Origin: the human T2T-CHM13v2.0 reference genome, Homo sapiens
Assembly: GCA_009914755.4 (NCBI GenBank)
Contig: CP086569.2
Span: 13,152,001 to 13,216,000 of the forward strand
Reading direction: 5' to 3'
Length of the DNA: 64,000 nt
Shown here: piece by piece, positions 1 to 12,184 of the stretch
Numbering within the stretch: the stretch's first letter is position 1
How the letters are laid out: each line of letters begins with the position of its first letter
Notes under the pieces: model-generated
The model's input: only the letters and a program-made list of their open reading frames with translations
The model's database searches: none
What the model was told of the DNA's origin: nothing
Translations under genes and position numbers: made by a program

Positions 1-215
1 AATGGAGTTTGAGATTGACCTGGGCAACATAGGAAGACTCATTCCCTACAAAATAATATGAGCTGGGTGTCGTGGTACGTGTCTACAGTGCCACCTACTA
101 TGGAGGCTGAACTGGGAGGATTGCTGTGGGGTCCAAGAGTTCAAGGCTGCAGTAGCTCTGATTGCACCAGGGTACTCAGCTGCCAACATGAATGACACAG
201 CAACTATCTACATAG
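1..215 (+). repeat. Alu SINE (old subfamily, truncated by window start)
   Basis: Alu left-arm end, A-rich linker and right arm (…gagttcaaggctgcagt…gcaccagggtactcagc) recognisable but divergent. Confidence 0.7.
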
Positions 216-324
216 GAAAGTCATGAGGTACCGACTTCTTCAGAGGCAACAAATGGTCATTAATGTTCTTCACGCCAGGAAGGCAACAGTACTTAAGACA
301 GAAATCCAGAAAAATGCTAGCCAA

Positions 325-646
325 AGAATGTCCTGGTTTTTTTTTTTTCTTTTTTCTTTTTTTTTGAAATGGAGTCTTGCTCTGTTGCCCAGGCTGGAGT
401 GCAGTGGTGCAAACCTGGCTCACTACAACACCCACCTCCCAGGTTCAAGGGTTTTCCTGCCTCAGCCTCCCAAGTATCTGGGACTACAGGTATGTGTCAC
501 CACCTCTGGCTAATTTTTGTATTTTTAGTACAGACAGGGTTTCATGATGTTGGCCAGGCTGGTTTTGAACTCCTGACCTCAAGTGATCCACCCACCTTGG
601 ACTCCCAAAGTGCTGGGATTACAAGAGTGAGCCCCCATGCCTAGCC
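325..646 (-). repeat. Alu SINE
   Basis: poly-T then reverse-complement Alu consensus (ggagtcttgctctgttgcccaggctggagtgcagtgg … ctgggattacaag…gcccccatgcctagcc). Confidence 0.9.
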
Positions 647-912
647 AGGATGTCCTGTTTGTATTCATATTCAGAACTCATTTTGGTGGTGGTTAAGACA
701 ACTGGTTTTGGCACAATTTACAAATCTTTGCATTATGCAAAGAAAAATGAACCCCAACATAGACTTTCAAGAATCACCACATGTGAGAAGAAAAAGATCC
801 CAGGGAAACAGCAAGTGGAATGAAAGAACAGAACAAAGAAAGTCAGGAAGACTGCAAAGGCCACTGTTGGTTCTGGCAATAGAAGAGGTGGAGACTGGGT
901 GAAAAACAGACT

Positions 913-1409
913 AAGAGAAGAGAGACAGACCCTCTCATATTGCTTTATATTGTTTTATACTCAGAAAAGGAAAGAAAAGTGAAACAAAAGGCAGGTAGCC
1001 CGGCGCCTAGGAACCAGACCTGAAACCAAAGAACCAGACCTGAAACCAGGCCTGGGCCTGCCTGACCTAAGCCTGGTGGTTAAAATTCCACCCCTGACCT
1101 AGCAACTGATGTTATCTATAGATTCCAGACATTGTATGGAAGGACATTGTGAAACCTCCCATTCTATTCTGTTTCACTCTGACCACTGGTGCTTGCAGTC
1201 CCTGTCACGTTACCCCTGCCTTGCTCAATCAATCACAGCCCTCTCACACAGACCCCCTTGGAGTTGTGAGCCCTTAAAAGGGAAAGAAGGTGGGCACCTG
1301 AAAGCTCAGATTTTAAGATGTTAGTCTGCCAATGCTTCCAGCTGATTAAAGCCACTTCCTTCACTATCTTGGTGTCTGTGGGGTTTTGTTCACAGCTTGT
1401 CCTGCTACA
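913..1409 (+). repeat. 5' LTR of HERV-E-like provirus (LTR2-like)
   Basis: near-identical (~90%) to 6954-7474; ends …tcctgctaCA; starts TA (TG in 3' copy). Confidence 0.8.
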
Positions 1410-1414
1410 TTTCT

Positions 1415-1432
1415 TGGTTCCCTGACCTGGAA
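1415..1432 (+). promoter_or_regulatory. primer-binding site complementary to tRNA-Glu 3' end
   Basis: TGGTTCCCTGACCTGGAA vs expected TGGTTCCCTGACCGGGAA (1 CpG-type mismatch), 6 nt after LTR end. Confidence 0.75.
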
Positions 1433-1934
1433 GTGAGGTGACTGATGGACGGCCGAGGCAGCCCCTTAGGTGGCTTAGGCTTACCCTGTGGAGCATCCCT
1501 GTGGGGGACTCCAGCCAGCCTGAGTTACGCGATGCAAAGAACACTCATGGGTAGGCAATTGCCCCGGTGGAACGCCTCACCAAAGCAGCACATAACGGGC
1601 CCCCACGGAGGATTAACACAGTGGCTGAACACCAGGAAGGAACTGGCACTTGGAGTCCAGACATCTGAAACTTGGTAAGACTAGTCTTTGAAATTTGCCC
1701 ACTCCATTTGAGTGGAAGCATGGCCTGATCACCCACGGTGTGCCTGTATTGGCACTTTTGTTCCGGTTTTGACTTTACTTGAATTGCTTGATACTTTGAT
1801 TTTGATTTTGACTTGGCCTGATACTCTGATTTTAGTTTGGTATAAATCTTAAAGGTGTGTGTGTGCCCTCTTTACCCATTCTTTGTTTTGTGGTGAGTGT
1901 GTGGTGTGGGCATGGTATTTTGTCTTGAGAAAAC

Positions 1935-2396
1935 ATGGGCCAGCCTCAAAGTAAGCCAATCCCATTGGGAACTATGTTAAAGAATTTCAAGAAAGGATTC
2001 AAAGGAGACTATGGAGTCATTATGACTCCAGGAAAACTTAGAACTTTGTGTGAAATAGATTGGCCAGAATTACAGGTGGGTTGGCCATCAGAAGGAAGCT
2101 TGGACAGGTGTCTTGTCTCAAAGGTATGGCAAAAAGTAACTTGTAAGGCAGGACACCCAGATCAGTTCTCATATATAGATTCCTGGTTACAGCTAGTTTT
2201 AGACCCCCCACAGTGGTTAAGAGGACAGGCAGCAGCATTACTAGTAGCAAAGGGACAGTTAGTTAAAGAAGGTTCTTGCTCCACCCGCAGAGGGAAGCCA
2301 ACACCTAAAGTTCTATCTGATACAGTGCCTGAAGATTCATTCAGTCGGTTGTGCAAAAGGGATGGATGCCCTGCACCTGGAGGACTGTGGGCATAA
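1935..2396 (+). pseudogene. gag N-terminal remnant (MA/p12-like, MGQPQSK… myristoylation-type start), truncated by internal deletion
   Basis: ORF 1935-2396 begins MGQ; followed directly by RT C-terminal homology, so CA/NC/PR/RT-N are deleted. Confidence 0.7.
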
Positions 2397-3145
2397 GGTG
2401 TCCAAGAAGAAAGCTCAGACCTGCAGACAGCAGGTACACTACCTGGGATTCACTATTCAGAAAGGGGAGTGCAGCCTGGGGTCAGAAAGAAAGCAGGTCA
2501 TCTGCAGCTTACCAGAACCTGAAACCAGAAGGCAAGTAAGGGAATTTCTAGGAGCTGTGGGGTTTTGCAGATTATGGATTCCAAACTTTGCAGTGCTAGC
2601 CAACCATTGTATGGGATTACAAAGGGGGGTGACTGAGAGCCCTTTGAATGGGAGCCTCTACAACAGCAAGCCTTTTGTAAGTTAAAAGAAAAACTTATGT
2701 CACCCCAGCTCCAGGACTACAAGATTTGACAGAGCCCTTTACACTCTATGTATCAGAAAGAGAAAAAATGGCAGTTGGAGTTTTAACCCAAACTGTGCGG
2801 CCCTGGCCAAGACCAGTGGCCTACCTCTCAAAACAGCTAAATGGAGTTTCAAAAGGCTGGCCTCCATGTCTGAGAGCCCTGGCAGCTAAAGCCCTGTTAG
2901 CACAAGAAGTAGAAAAGCTAATCCTTGGACAAAACTTAAGTATAAAGGCCCTCCATGCAGTGGTAAGTTTAAAGAATATCAAAGGACACAATTGGCTAAC
3001 AAATGCTAGATTAACCAAATACCAGAGCTTGCTATGTGAAAACCCCTACATAACCATTGAAGTCTGTAACACCCTAAATCCTGCCACCTTTCTCCCAGTA
3101 TTGGATAGCCCTGTTGAACATAGCTGTGTGGAGGTGTTGGACTGA
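2362..3145 (+). pseudogene. pol: reverse transcriptase C-terminal (post-YXDD, thumb/connection) fragments
   Basis: ORFs 2362-2685 and 2726-3145: …KKAQTCRQQVHYLGFTI…REFLGAVGFCRLWIPNFA… and …GVLTQTVRPWPRPVAYLSKQL…GWPPCLRALAA… match MLV-type RT. Confidence 0.85.
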
Positions 3146-3179
3146 GTCCATTCTAGCAGATCCAATCTTTGATACCAGC

Positions 3180-3560
3180 CATGGGCATCAGTGGACTGGG
3201 AGTTATACATGGACGGGAGCAGCTTCATCAATCCACGAGGAGAAAGATGTTCCGGATATGTGGTGGTAACCTTGAATAATGTTATTGAAGCCAAGCCATC
3301 GCTCAGGGCACTTCAGCCTAGAAAGCAGAACTCATTGCTTAAACTCGGACTCTAGAACTCAGTGAAGGTAAGACTGTAAACATTTATCCTGACTCTCAAC
3401 ATGCCTTTCTAACCATTCAAGTACATGGAGCATTATATAAAGAAAAAGCCCTGTTAAATTCTGGAGGCAGAGACTTAAAATATCAACGAGAAATTCTGCA
3501 ATTATTAGAGGCAGTGTGGAAAGCCCAAAAGGCAGCAGTTATGCACTGCAGGTGACATCA
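3180..3560 (+). pseudogene. pol: RNase H domain, frameshifted
   Basis: translation across frames resembles MLV RNase H (…NIYPDSQHAF…ILQLLEAVWKAQKAAVMHC…). Confidence 0.6.
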
Positions 3561-3681
3561 GCGAGCTTCCACCTCAGTAAGCCAGTGAAACTCCCGAGCA
3601 GTCACAGAGGCACGAAAAGCAGCGTCTACTCCTTACCGGGCATCAGTCACAGCCTTCCTGCTCCCTCAAACACCTGATCTT

Positions 3682-4790
3682 GTGTCTACTTATTCTAAAG
3701 AGGAAAAAGACTTTCTTCAGGCAGAGGGAGGACAAGCAATACAAAAAGGATGGATAAAGTTACTAGATGGGAGAATAGCTGTACCACAGCTGCTAGGAGC
3801 CACAGTCACGCTGGCTGTACATGAAACTACCCATTCAGGCCAAGACTCACTTGAAAAGCTGTTAAGCTGGTATTTCTATATCTCACACTTGCCAGCTCTT
3901 GCTAAGACAGTAGCACAGTGATGGGTTACCTGATGACAGCATAATGCAAAGCAAGGCCCCTCTGTTCCTCCTGGCATAAAAGCCTATAGAGCAGCTCCTT
4001 TTGAAGATCTTCAAGTGGACTTCACAAAGATGCCCAAATGTGGAGGTAACAAGTATTTACTGGTTCTAATGTGTACTTACTCTGGGTGGGTAGAGGCTTA
4101 TCCAACAAGAACTGAAAAAGCTTGTGTAGTAACCTGTGTGCTTCTTTGAGACCTCATCCCTAGGTTTGGACTCCCTCTATGGATCGGCTCAGATAGTAGG
4201 CCGGCATTTGAGGCTGATGTAGTACAGAGACGGCAAAGATATTGGGAATCACTTGGAAGTTACATGCTGCCTACTGACCTCAGAGTTCCGGAAAGGTGGA
4301 GTGAATTAATCAGACTATTAAAAATAGGTTAGGGAAAGTATGTCAAGAGACAGGATTAAAATGGATGCAGTCCCTTCCTATAGTATTGTTTAAAATTAGT
4401 TGCATCTCCTCTATGAAAATAGGATACTCCCCTTATGAAATATTATATCACAGGCCTTCTCCTATACTGTGAGGACTTTCAGGTACTCCGCAAGAGTTGG
4501 GTGAAATTGAATTGCAGCAACAGCTACAGGTCTTGGGGAAAATTACCCAGACAATCTCAACTTGGGTAAATGAGAAGTGCCTGGTCAGCTTATTCTCCCC
4601 AGTTCACGCTTTTTCTCCAGGTCACCATGTGTGGATCAACAACTGGAACATAGCCCCTTTGTGGCCATGGTGGAAAGGACCTCAGACCATTATCTTGACC
4701 ACCCTCACAGCTGTAAAAGTAGAAGGAATTCTGACCTGGATTCACCACAGCTGCCTAAAGCCTGCAGCTGCTGATACCTAGGCCAAACCA
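3682..4790 (+). pseudogene. pol: integrase (zinc-finger, catalytic core, C-terminal domain), multiple frameshifts/stops
   Basis: HETTHSG… N-term; core …YLLVLMCTYSGWVEAYPT…GSDSRPAF…; C-term ORF 4497-4781 …WKGPQTIILTTLTAVKVEGILTWIHHSCLK… (MLV IN-like). Confidence 0.8.
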
Positions 4791-4884
4791 AGCCTGGACA
4801 ATCCCTGTAAAGTGACCCTGAGGGGGATGACAAGCCCCGCTGCAGTCACATCCGGAAGCTGACTGGTCTACATACGGCCAAAGC

Positions 4885-6925
4885 ATGAGGAAAATCGTCG
4901 TGGGACTTATTTTCCTTATAACATGGATTTGTGTGGTAAAAGCTGCTTCTTCCCACACAGAGGAATGCTTTCAGTGCATACTTCAGGTCACTGAGGTAGG
5001 ACAAAAGGTTAAAACAATCTTTTTGTTCTATAGTTATTATGAGTGCCTAGGAACTCCAGAAGGAACATGTTTATATAATAACACTCAGCACAAAGTCTGT
5101 AATCCAGGAAGTGATCAGCCTGATGTGTGCTGTGACTCCTCTGAACCTCCCATGATCACAGTTTTTTGAAATAAGACTAAGAACTGGTCCTTTTCTAGGT
5201 GACACAAGTAAAATAATAGCTAAGACACAAGAAAGAGGGGTCCCCAAGCATGTAACCCTAAAATTTGATGCTTTTGCCACTATTAATAGTAATCAGTATG
5301 GAATAGGATGCGGTTCTTTAGATTGGGAAAAAAGTTACACAGCAGAAAATAAGTATATCTGCGATGAATCATATTCATGTACAAAAGTGTGTCAGCACTG
5401 GTCTTGTGTCATCTGGGTTTCTTGGAAAAAAGATGAAAAAGATCTCGTTTTCCAAAAAGGAAAAAGCAGCTCGTCCTGCACAAGTGGAAGCTGCAACCCT
5501 TTAGAATTGGTAATTACAAATCCCTTATACCCAAAGTAGGAAAAAGGAGAACACATATCTCTAGGCATTGATGGAAAAGGACTAGACCCTAGAGTAAATA
5601 CCTTAATAAAAGGGGAGGTTCAGAAACGCTGTCCAGAACCAGTATTTCAGACTTTCTATGATGAACTAAATGTGCCAGTACCTGAGATTCCAGGAAAAAC
5701 TAAAAATTTGTTTTTGCAATTAACCGAGCATGTAGCCCAGTCTCTAAAAGTCATTCTGTGTTGTTTGTGGAGGAACTTTAAAAGGAGATCGATGGCCACG
5801 GGAAGCCCAAGAATCAGTTCCTACAGACCCAGTTCCTGATGAATTCCCAGCCCAAAAGAACCACCCTGACAATTTCTGGGTTCTAAAAGTCTCAATTATT
5901 GTACACTATTGCATAGCTAGAAAAGGAAAAGAATTTACTCATCCTGTAGGACGGCTTAGTTGTCTAGGACAGAAACTGTATAACAGTACCACAAAACAGT
6001 TACATGGGGGAGTTCAAACCACACAGAGAAAAATCCATTCAGTAAATTTCCAGAGTTGCAGACCATTTGGGCCCACCCAGAATCCCACCAGGACTGGACT
6101 GCCCCCACTGGGTTATACTGGATATGTGGACATAGAGCCTATGCTAAGCTACCTGACCAGTGGACAGGTAGTTGTGTAATTGGCACTATTAAAACATCTT
6201 TCTTCCTAATACCCATAAAAACAGGTGAACTCCTACGCTTCCCTGTCTGTGCTTCTCACGAAAAGCAAAGCATAGCCATAGGTAATTGGAAAGACGATGA
6301 ATGGCTTCCTGAGAGAATTATACAATACTATGGGCCTGCCCCTTGGGCACAAAATGGCTCATGGGGATACCAGACCCCCATTTACATGTTCAACTGAATT
6401 ATACAGTTGCAAGCTGTTTTAGAAATCATCAGTAATAAAACTGGTTAAGCCGTGACTGTTCTAGCCTGGCAAGAAACTCAGATGAGGAATGCTATCTATC
6501 AAAATAGATGAGCTCTCGACTACTTGCTAGCAGCTGAAGGAGGGGTTTGTGGAAAATTTAACCTTACTAATTGCTGTCTACACATAGATGATCAGGGGCA
6601 AGTAGTTGAAGACATAGTTAAAAATAAAACGAAACTGGCACATGTGCCCCTGCAAGTGTGGCATGGATATGATCTTGGGGCCATGTTTAGAAATTGGTTC
6701 CCAGCACTAGGAGGATTTAAAACTCTACAGTAGGAGTTATAATAGTAATAGGAACCTGCTTACTGCTCCCTTTTTTACTACCTGTACTTCTTCAAAGGAT
6801 AAAAAGCTTCATTGCTACCTTTGTTCACCAAAATGCTTCAGTACAAATGTACTATGTGAATCACTATCAATCTATTACACAGGAAGACAAAAGTAGCAAA
6901 AATGAGAGTAAGAACTCCCACTAAT
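4885..6925 (+). pseudogene. env (signal peptide + SU + TM), disrupted by stops/frameshifts
   Basis: ORF 4885-5169 signal peptide; SU motif YWICGHRAYAKLPDQWTGSC (6056-6397); TM with CC…immunosuppressive-like region and membrane span (6524-6925). Confidence 0.75.
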
Positions 6926-6940
6926 AAAAAGTGAGAGTCT

Positions 6941-6953
6941 CAAAGGGGGAAAA
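6941..6953 (+). promoter_or_regulatory. polypurine tract preceding 3' LTR
   Basis: caaagggggaaaa immediately 5' of LTR start TG. Confidence 0.6.
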
Positions 6954-7474
6954 TGAGAGAAGAGAGACAGACCCTCTCATATTGTTTTATACTCAGAAAA
7001 GGAAAGGAAAGCGAAACTAAAGGCAGGTAGCCCAGTGCCTAGGAACCAGACCCGAAACCGAGGAAGCAGAACGAAAACCAGGCCTGGGCCTGCCTGACCT
7101 AAGCCTGGTAGTTAAAATCCCACCCCAACCTAGCAACTGATGTTATCTATACATTATAGAAAGACACTATAAAACTTCCCAGTCTGTTCTGTTTCACTCT
7201 GACCACCAGTACTTGCAGCCCCTGTCATGTACCCCCTGGCTTGCTCAATTGATCACGACCCTCTCACAGACCCCCTTAGAGTTATGAGCCCTTAAAAGGG
7301 ACAGAAGTTGGGCACCTGACAAGCTCGGATTTTAAGATGTTAGTCTGTCGATGCTTCCAGCTGATTAAAGATGGATTTTAAGACATTAGTCTGCCAATGC
7401 TTCCAGCTGATTAAAGCCACTTCCTTCACTATCTTGGTGTCTGGGGGATTTTGTGCACAGCTCGTCCTGCTACA
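6954..7474 (+). repeat. 3' LTR of HERV-E-like provirus; contains internal 43-bp tandem duplication (7328-7416)
   Basis: TG…CA, aligns with 913-1409; duplicated unit gattttaaga..ccagctgattaaag. Confidence 0.8.
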
Positions 7475-8239
7475 AGACAAAGTAGCAATTCTGCAATGAC
7501 ATCAGCAGCAGCCATTGTGTGGATTTTTTACAAGAGAATTAATAAATTATAAACTTTAAGGAAATAAAACAAATTTCAATCAACATTTATCCACAGGAAT
7601 TCCCCCCCCCCCCACCAAAAAAAAAGTTAGCAGCTAGTGGAGTAACCAGTGGGCCTTTAATAATCTGGAATGGTAGATAAATTTATTGGATCTTAAATGC
7701 ATTCCTTGGAAACTTGAAAGCACCAAAGTTAGTGGCCTTTGGCAGCCTGATAGTAATTACCTCTACTCGTTAGGACCCCAGGGCTGAGAGAGTTCCCCTT
7801 CCTTGTCACACAGACAAAATGGGAACACCCCACAGCAAGGCTTCAGCCACATCCTGCCCTGATTCAGTTCTGAGAATTGGTAGGGCACAGGCACCATGGT
7901 TTCCCAGTGTTCCTTCAGGGTATCAGCCACCTTTTTAATCACAAAATAATGGAGAGTTGGAGAGTCTCCTTGTCAGGCATCAGTGGGGAAGGAAAATTAA
8001 ATTAAGTAATAAAATTTAAAATAATAAGCATAACATAGGTAATAGTTAACATTTAGTATAAGCTATTTAGAAGTCACACATAGGCTAAAATTTTAAGCAG
8101 ACCCTCCCAGCATTGTTAACAAGTTGCAGATGCAAGCTTACTTCAAAAGCTTTTCACCTGCCTCGGCCCACCACCTCCCCGCCACTTCCATCCCCCCACC
8201 CACTTCCACCCCCGTACCGCATCCCGCACATTGCACTGT

Positions 8240-8320
8240 GCATTGTGCCATTGCACTCCAGCCTGGGTAACATAGTGAGACTCCATTTCAATAATAATAA
8301 TAATAATAAATAAAATAAAG
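8240..8320 (+). repeat. Alu 3' fragment with (AAT)n tail
   Basis: …ttgcactccagcctgggtaacatagtgagactccatttcaataataataat…. Confidence 0.7.
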
Positions 8321-8442
8321 TTGATATAAATTGAGCAAGTGGATAATACTACTGTCTTCATGGGTAAAATGCTGATGAAATTTGTCCAAAAATCTGATAG
8401 CTATTTCTTGGCTTATGACTTTGTGGGTTTTTGGTTGTTGCT

Positions 8443-8743
<301 letters not shown>

Positions 8744-9041
8744 TGACTTTGTGGTTTGAAAGAAAAAAAAGCTATTTTCTGGTGGCAGACTGCATGTGTA
8801 AACACTTGTGTTAATTACTTCATTCCAAGAGAGCTTATCTCTGTTGACCTGGGAAACCCAAACATACACCTTGTGACTTGGAATTCAGATAAAAAGCTGT
8901 TATTGCATCAAAATAAAACTGAACCACACAGGGTGATCTTGTATCTCTGAGAAGTGCAGTAATTTTGATGTGGCCGGTGGTTGTTGTGTATGCCAGTGCA
9001 CCTATGCACAGGTGTACTTTTTCTTTTCTTTCCTTGGTATC

Positions 9042-9328
9042 TTTTTTTTTCTTTCTAAGACATGCTCTATCACAGGCTAGTGTGCAATGCTGTGATCATG
9101 CTCACTACAGCCTCAAACTCCTGGACTTAAGTGATCCTCCCACTTCAGCCTCCCAAGTAACTGGGACTACAGGCACATGCCACCATGCTCAACTTACTTA
9201 AAAACATTTTTGTGAAGATGCGGTCTTACTGTTGCCAAGGCTGGTTTGAAACTCCTGGGATCAAGCAATCCTCCCACCTTGGCCTCCTGAAGTTCCGGGA
9301 TTACAGGCGTGAGCCATCGTGCCCAGCC
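9042..9328 (-). repeat. Alu SINE
   Basis: reverse-complement Alu consensus, poly-T at 9042. Confidence 0.9.
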
Positions 9329-9421
9329 CTTTATCACTTGTTAACATAGTCAAGCCATGTTTTTATTTCCTCACATCCTAACTTGAGGGCAGAGTCCAGC
9401 AGAGCCCGCCAGTTTGCATAC

Positions 9422-9543
9422 CTGATCAGATCGGGTATCTTCCCGTCAAGAACACGGACCAGCTTGGGCTGCAGATGGAGGTGGCAGAGATGTGCTGAGT
9501 CAGTCGCACGCCTTCCCTGGCAAGGCAGTGGATGTGAGGCGTC
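9422..9543 (-). pseudogene. arylsulfatase (ARSF-like) internal exon carrying sulfatase signature region; inactivated (CSPSW instead of CSPSR; in-frame TGA)
   Basis: minus-strand: acceptor …cccccttcag|G, translation [39 protein letters not shown], donor CAG|gtatgc; matches sulfatase block …[33 protein letters not shown]; stop TGA at 9426-9428. Confidence 0.8.
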
Positions 9544-9544
9544 C

Positions 9545-10576
9545 TGAAGGGGGAGAGGGAAGGTGTATTGAAGAGAAGGAAAAGGTGGGAGGCGGGGGAA
9601 GCAGAGAGGAAGAGTGAGAGAAAGGCAGAGAAGGACAAACAGAAAGGCACAGGTGGAAAGAGAGAGGAGAGACAGACAGGGAGAGAGGGAGAGACCCAGA
9701 AAGCGAGGCAGAGAGAGAGAGACAGACAGAAAGAAAAGATGAAAGAGAGAGAGAGAGATGAGAATGAGAGCAACAGAAAAGGATAGAAAGAGACAAACAG
9801 AAAGAAAGAGATAAAAAGAGAAAGAGACAAAGGGTAGGACACACAAAGAGAGAGAGAGATGGAAAGAGAGAGACAAACAGAAAAAAGGAGAGAGAAAGAG
9901 AGACAGAAAGAGGGAGACAGAGAATGACAGAGAGGGACAAACATACAGAGAAGATGAGAGAGAGAGAGAGAGATGGAAAGAGACATACGGAGTTTAAGAG
10001 AGAGACAGAAAGAAATGAAAAGAAAGACTTAAACAGAAGGAGGGAGTCAGAGAAAGAGAAACAGAAAATGAGGTGGGTAAAGAGAGACAGACAGACAGAG
10101 GGAGAAGAAAGAGAGAAAAACATAGAGAGATGAAAAGAGAGAAAGAGACAGAGAGAGATACAGAAAGAGAGATGGAGAGAGAGAAGTAGAAAGAGAGAGA
10201 TAAACAGAGAGATGGAAAGAGACAGACAGAGGGTGAGAGAAGGAAAGACAGAAAGAGATAGAAAGAAATGGATAGAATGAGATAGACAAAAAGAGAGACA
10301 AAGACAGAGACCGACAGTCACAGAGAGATATAGAAAGAGAGACAAGCAGACAAAGGGGGAGACAGAGACAGACATAGAAACAAATGGAGAGACAGAAAGA
10401 GATGGAAACAGATGGACAGAGAGAGGGAGAGAGAGAGACAGAAAGAGATAGAAAGAAATAGAAAGAGATAGATAGAGAGAGACAATCAGAGACAGATAGA
10501 CAAGCAGACAGAGAGGGGTGACAGAGACAGGCATAGAAGGAGATGGAGAGACAGAAAGAAGAGAAAGAGAGAGACA

Positions 10577-10608
<32 letters not shown>

Positions 10609-10610
10609 TC
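9545..10610 (+). repeat. GA-rich polypurine low-complexity tract / degenerate minisatellite (~1.07 kb)
   Basis: almost pure purine on + strand (gagagacagaaagaga… units); six-frame 'ORFs' of S/L/R/E/K repeats are artefacts. Confidence 0.9.
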
Positions 10611-10969
10611 TGAAGATAAACAACATCCCTGTTTATTATGATTTCCAGGTGCCCAGAGCAGGTAACTGCACATGGAGTTCATTTTTCTTTCTTGCCCGTG
10701 TCAAGGTGAAGTATGACTGAAATTCCAGGCAGCTGTTGTTCTGCGGGGCTCGTATACATGGGTGCCGCTATATGGTGTCCATTCACTGTACTTCAGCCTT
10801 ACAAAATAAAATGCTTAAGGAATTGGGGTCTGATTTATCGAGGCTAATTGCTTACAGACCTTACTTATGCCTAACTACTTACAGACCACCCACCCACCAA
10901 TTTGATAGATACATTTCCCTGCAGTCTGCATAGGTTGCAAAACTGTCATATGATTAAATATTCAAAAGA

Positions 10970-11455
10970 AGGAAATCCCATCATTTTCAACAACACAGAT
11001 GAACTGAAAGGGTATTAAATGAAATAAGCCAAGCACAGAGAGACAAATACCGCATGATCTCACTTATGTGTGGAATCTAAAACAGCAAACTCAGAAGTAG
11101 AATAGTGGGTATCAGGGGCTGGGGCAAGGGTTGAGAATAGGTATGTTAAAGGATATAACATCTCATGGAGCCAAACATGAATAAATCCTCTATTTGATTT
11201 ATTCCTCACATAGAGGAATAAATTTAAGAGATCTGTTGCAGATTGTGGTGACTATAGCTAATAACAATGTATTCTATTCTTGAAATTGCCATAATTTTAA
11301 CCATTCTCACCACATATAAATAATAAGTATGTGTGGTTGTGCATGTTAATTAGCTTGATTTAGCTATTCCACAATGGATCCATGAATCAAAACATCATAA
11401 TGTACACCATAAATACACAGAACTATAATTTGTCAATTAAAAAATAATTTAACAA
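10970..11455 (+). mobile_element. L1 (older L1PB/L1MA-type) 3' end fragment
   Basis: …gaaataagccaagcacagagagacaaataccgcatgatctcacttatgtgtggaatc… and …ggtgactatagctaataacaatgtattctat… typical L1 3'UTR. Confidence 0.8.
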
Positions 11456-12184
11456 GAGAATTCTGGAGGCTGGAGAGACTTCTGGAAAAAGAATCAGTCA
11501 CCTCTTGGATGAAAATAAAATATAATGATTTCTACATTTGTTCATGAGAGAAATTATGACAGGTAACTGGTGCAAGAAGAATTTCCAGCTTTACCAAGGC
11601 ATGTATCTGATTTTTTTTTTGAGATATGGAAGTCACCTACCAACTTTTAAAACATTATTTATTTTGCAAAGAAAAAAGATTATAAACTGCATTCCAGGGG
11701 CACGTGTGCCTGATTTTAGATTTCACATTATAATCTCACTTCTCAAATTGCTAGTATTTTCAGCAAAACACTGATACCTCACACTGACATAATCTCCATA
11801 AATATCTGCCATTTATGGACACCATGTTTCTGTGCGTTTGGGTGAGTCCTCCCTTCTTTTCTCATAAGCAATGGTTAATTTTTGGCGACTACTTTTTCAT
11901 GACTCCTAGCTCTGTTGTTGAAAACTGTGATGACTACCTTCAGCATCTATTAGTCACACATGCAGTGATCTTAAAAGTGTATGATGTATGTCTTATAATG
12001 ATGTACTCCTAAGCTCAGTATAAGCATAGCTAATACAGGTGGCTTCTATAATCCACTACAAAGCTCTGAGTTTCTGCTGCATATCTGTTTTTCTTCTTTC
12101 AGAATGCCCATTGTTAAAAATACAAGCTCATCACCTTAAAGAATCTGTTGACTCGCCAAATTAGGAAACAGAATGAATTCTGCT

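Larger units (their letters stand above)
913..7474 (+). mobile_element. HERV-E-like class I endogenous retrovirus provirus (LTR–gag remnant–pol–env–LTR), defective
   Basis: two ~500-bp LTR copies at 913-1409 and 6954-7474; tRNA-Glu PBS after 5' LTR; gag MGQ… ORF; gammaretrovirus-like RT/RNaseH/IN/env homology; PPT before 3' LTR; flanking 4-bp direct repeat AGAC on both sides. Confidence 0.85.

Noticed and set aside
9545-10610. Possibility that the regularly spaced GA units represent a CRISPR-like or other arrayed system
   Set aside because: This is a primate genome. The units are degenerate purine minisatellite repeats without spacers or an associated leader or cas-like ORFs.
9334-10682. Very long minus-strand ORFs (180-344 aa, e.g. 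9500-10534) rich in S/L/C/F
   Set aside because: They are translations of the CT strand of the GA-rich purine tract, which is stop-codon-poor by composition. The exception is the last ~40 codons of ORF 9426-9986, which is the sulfatase exon B.
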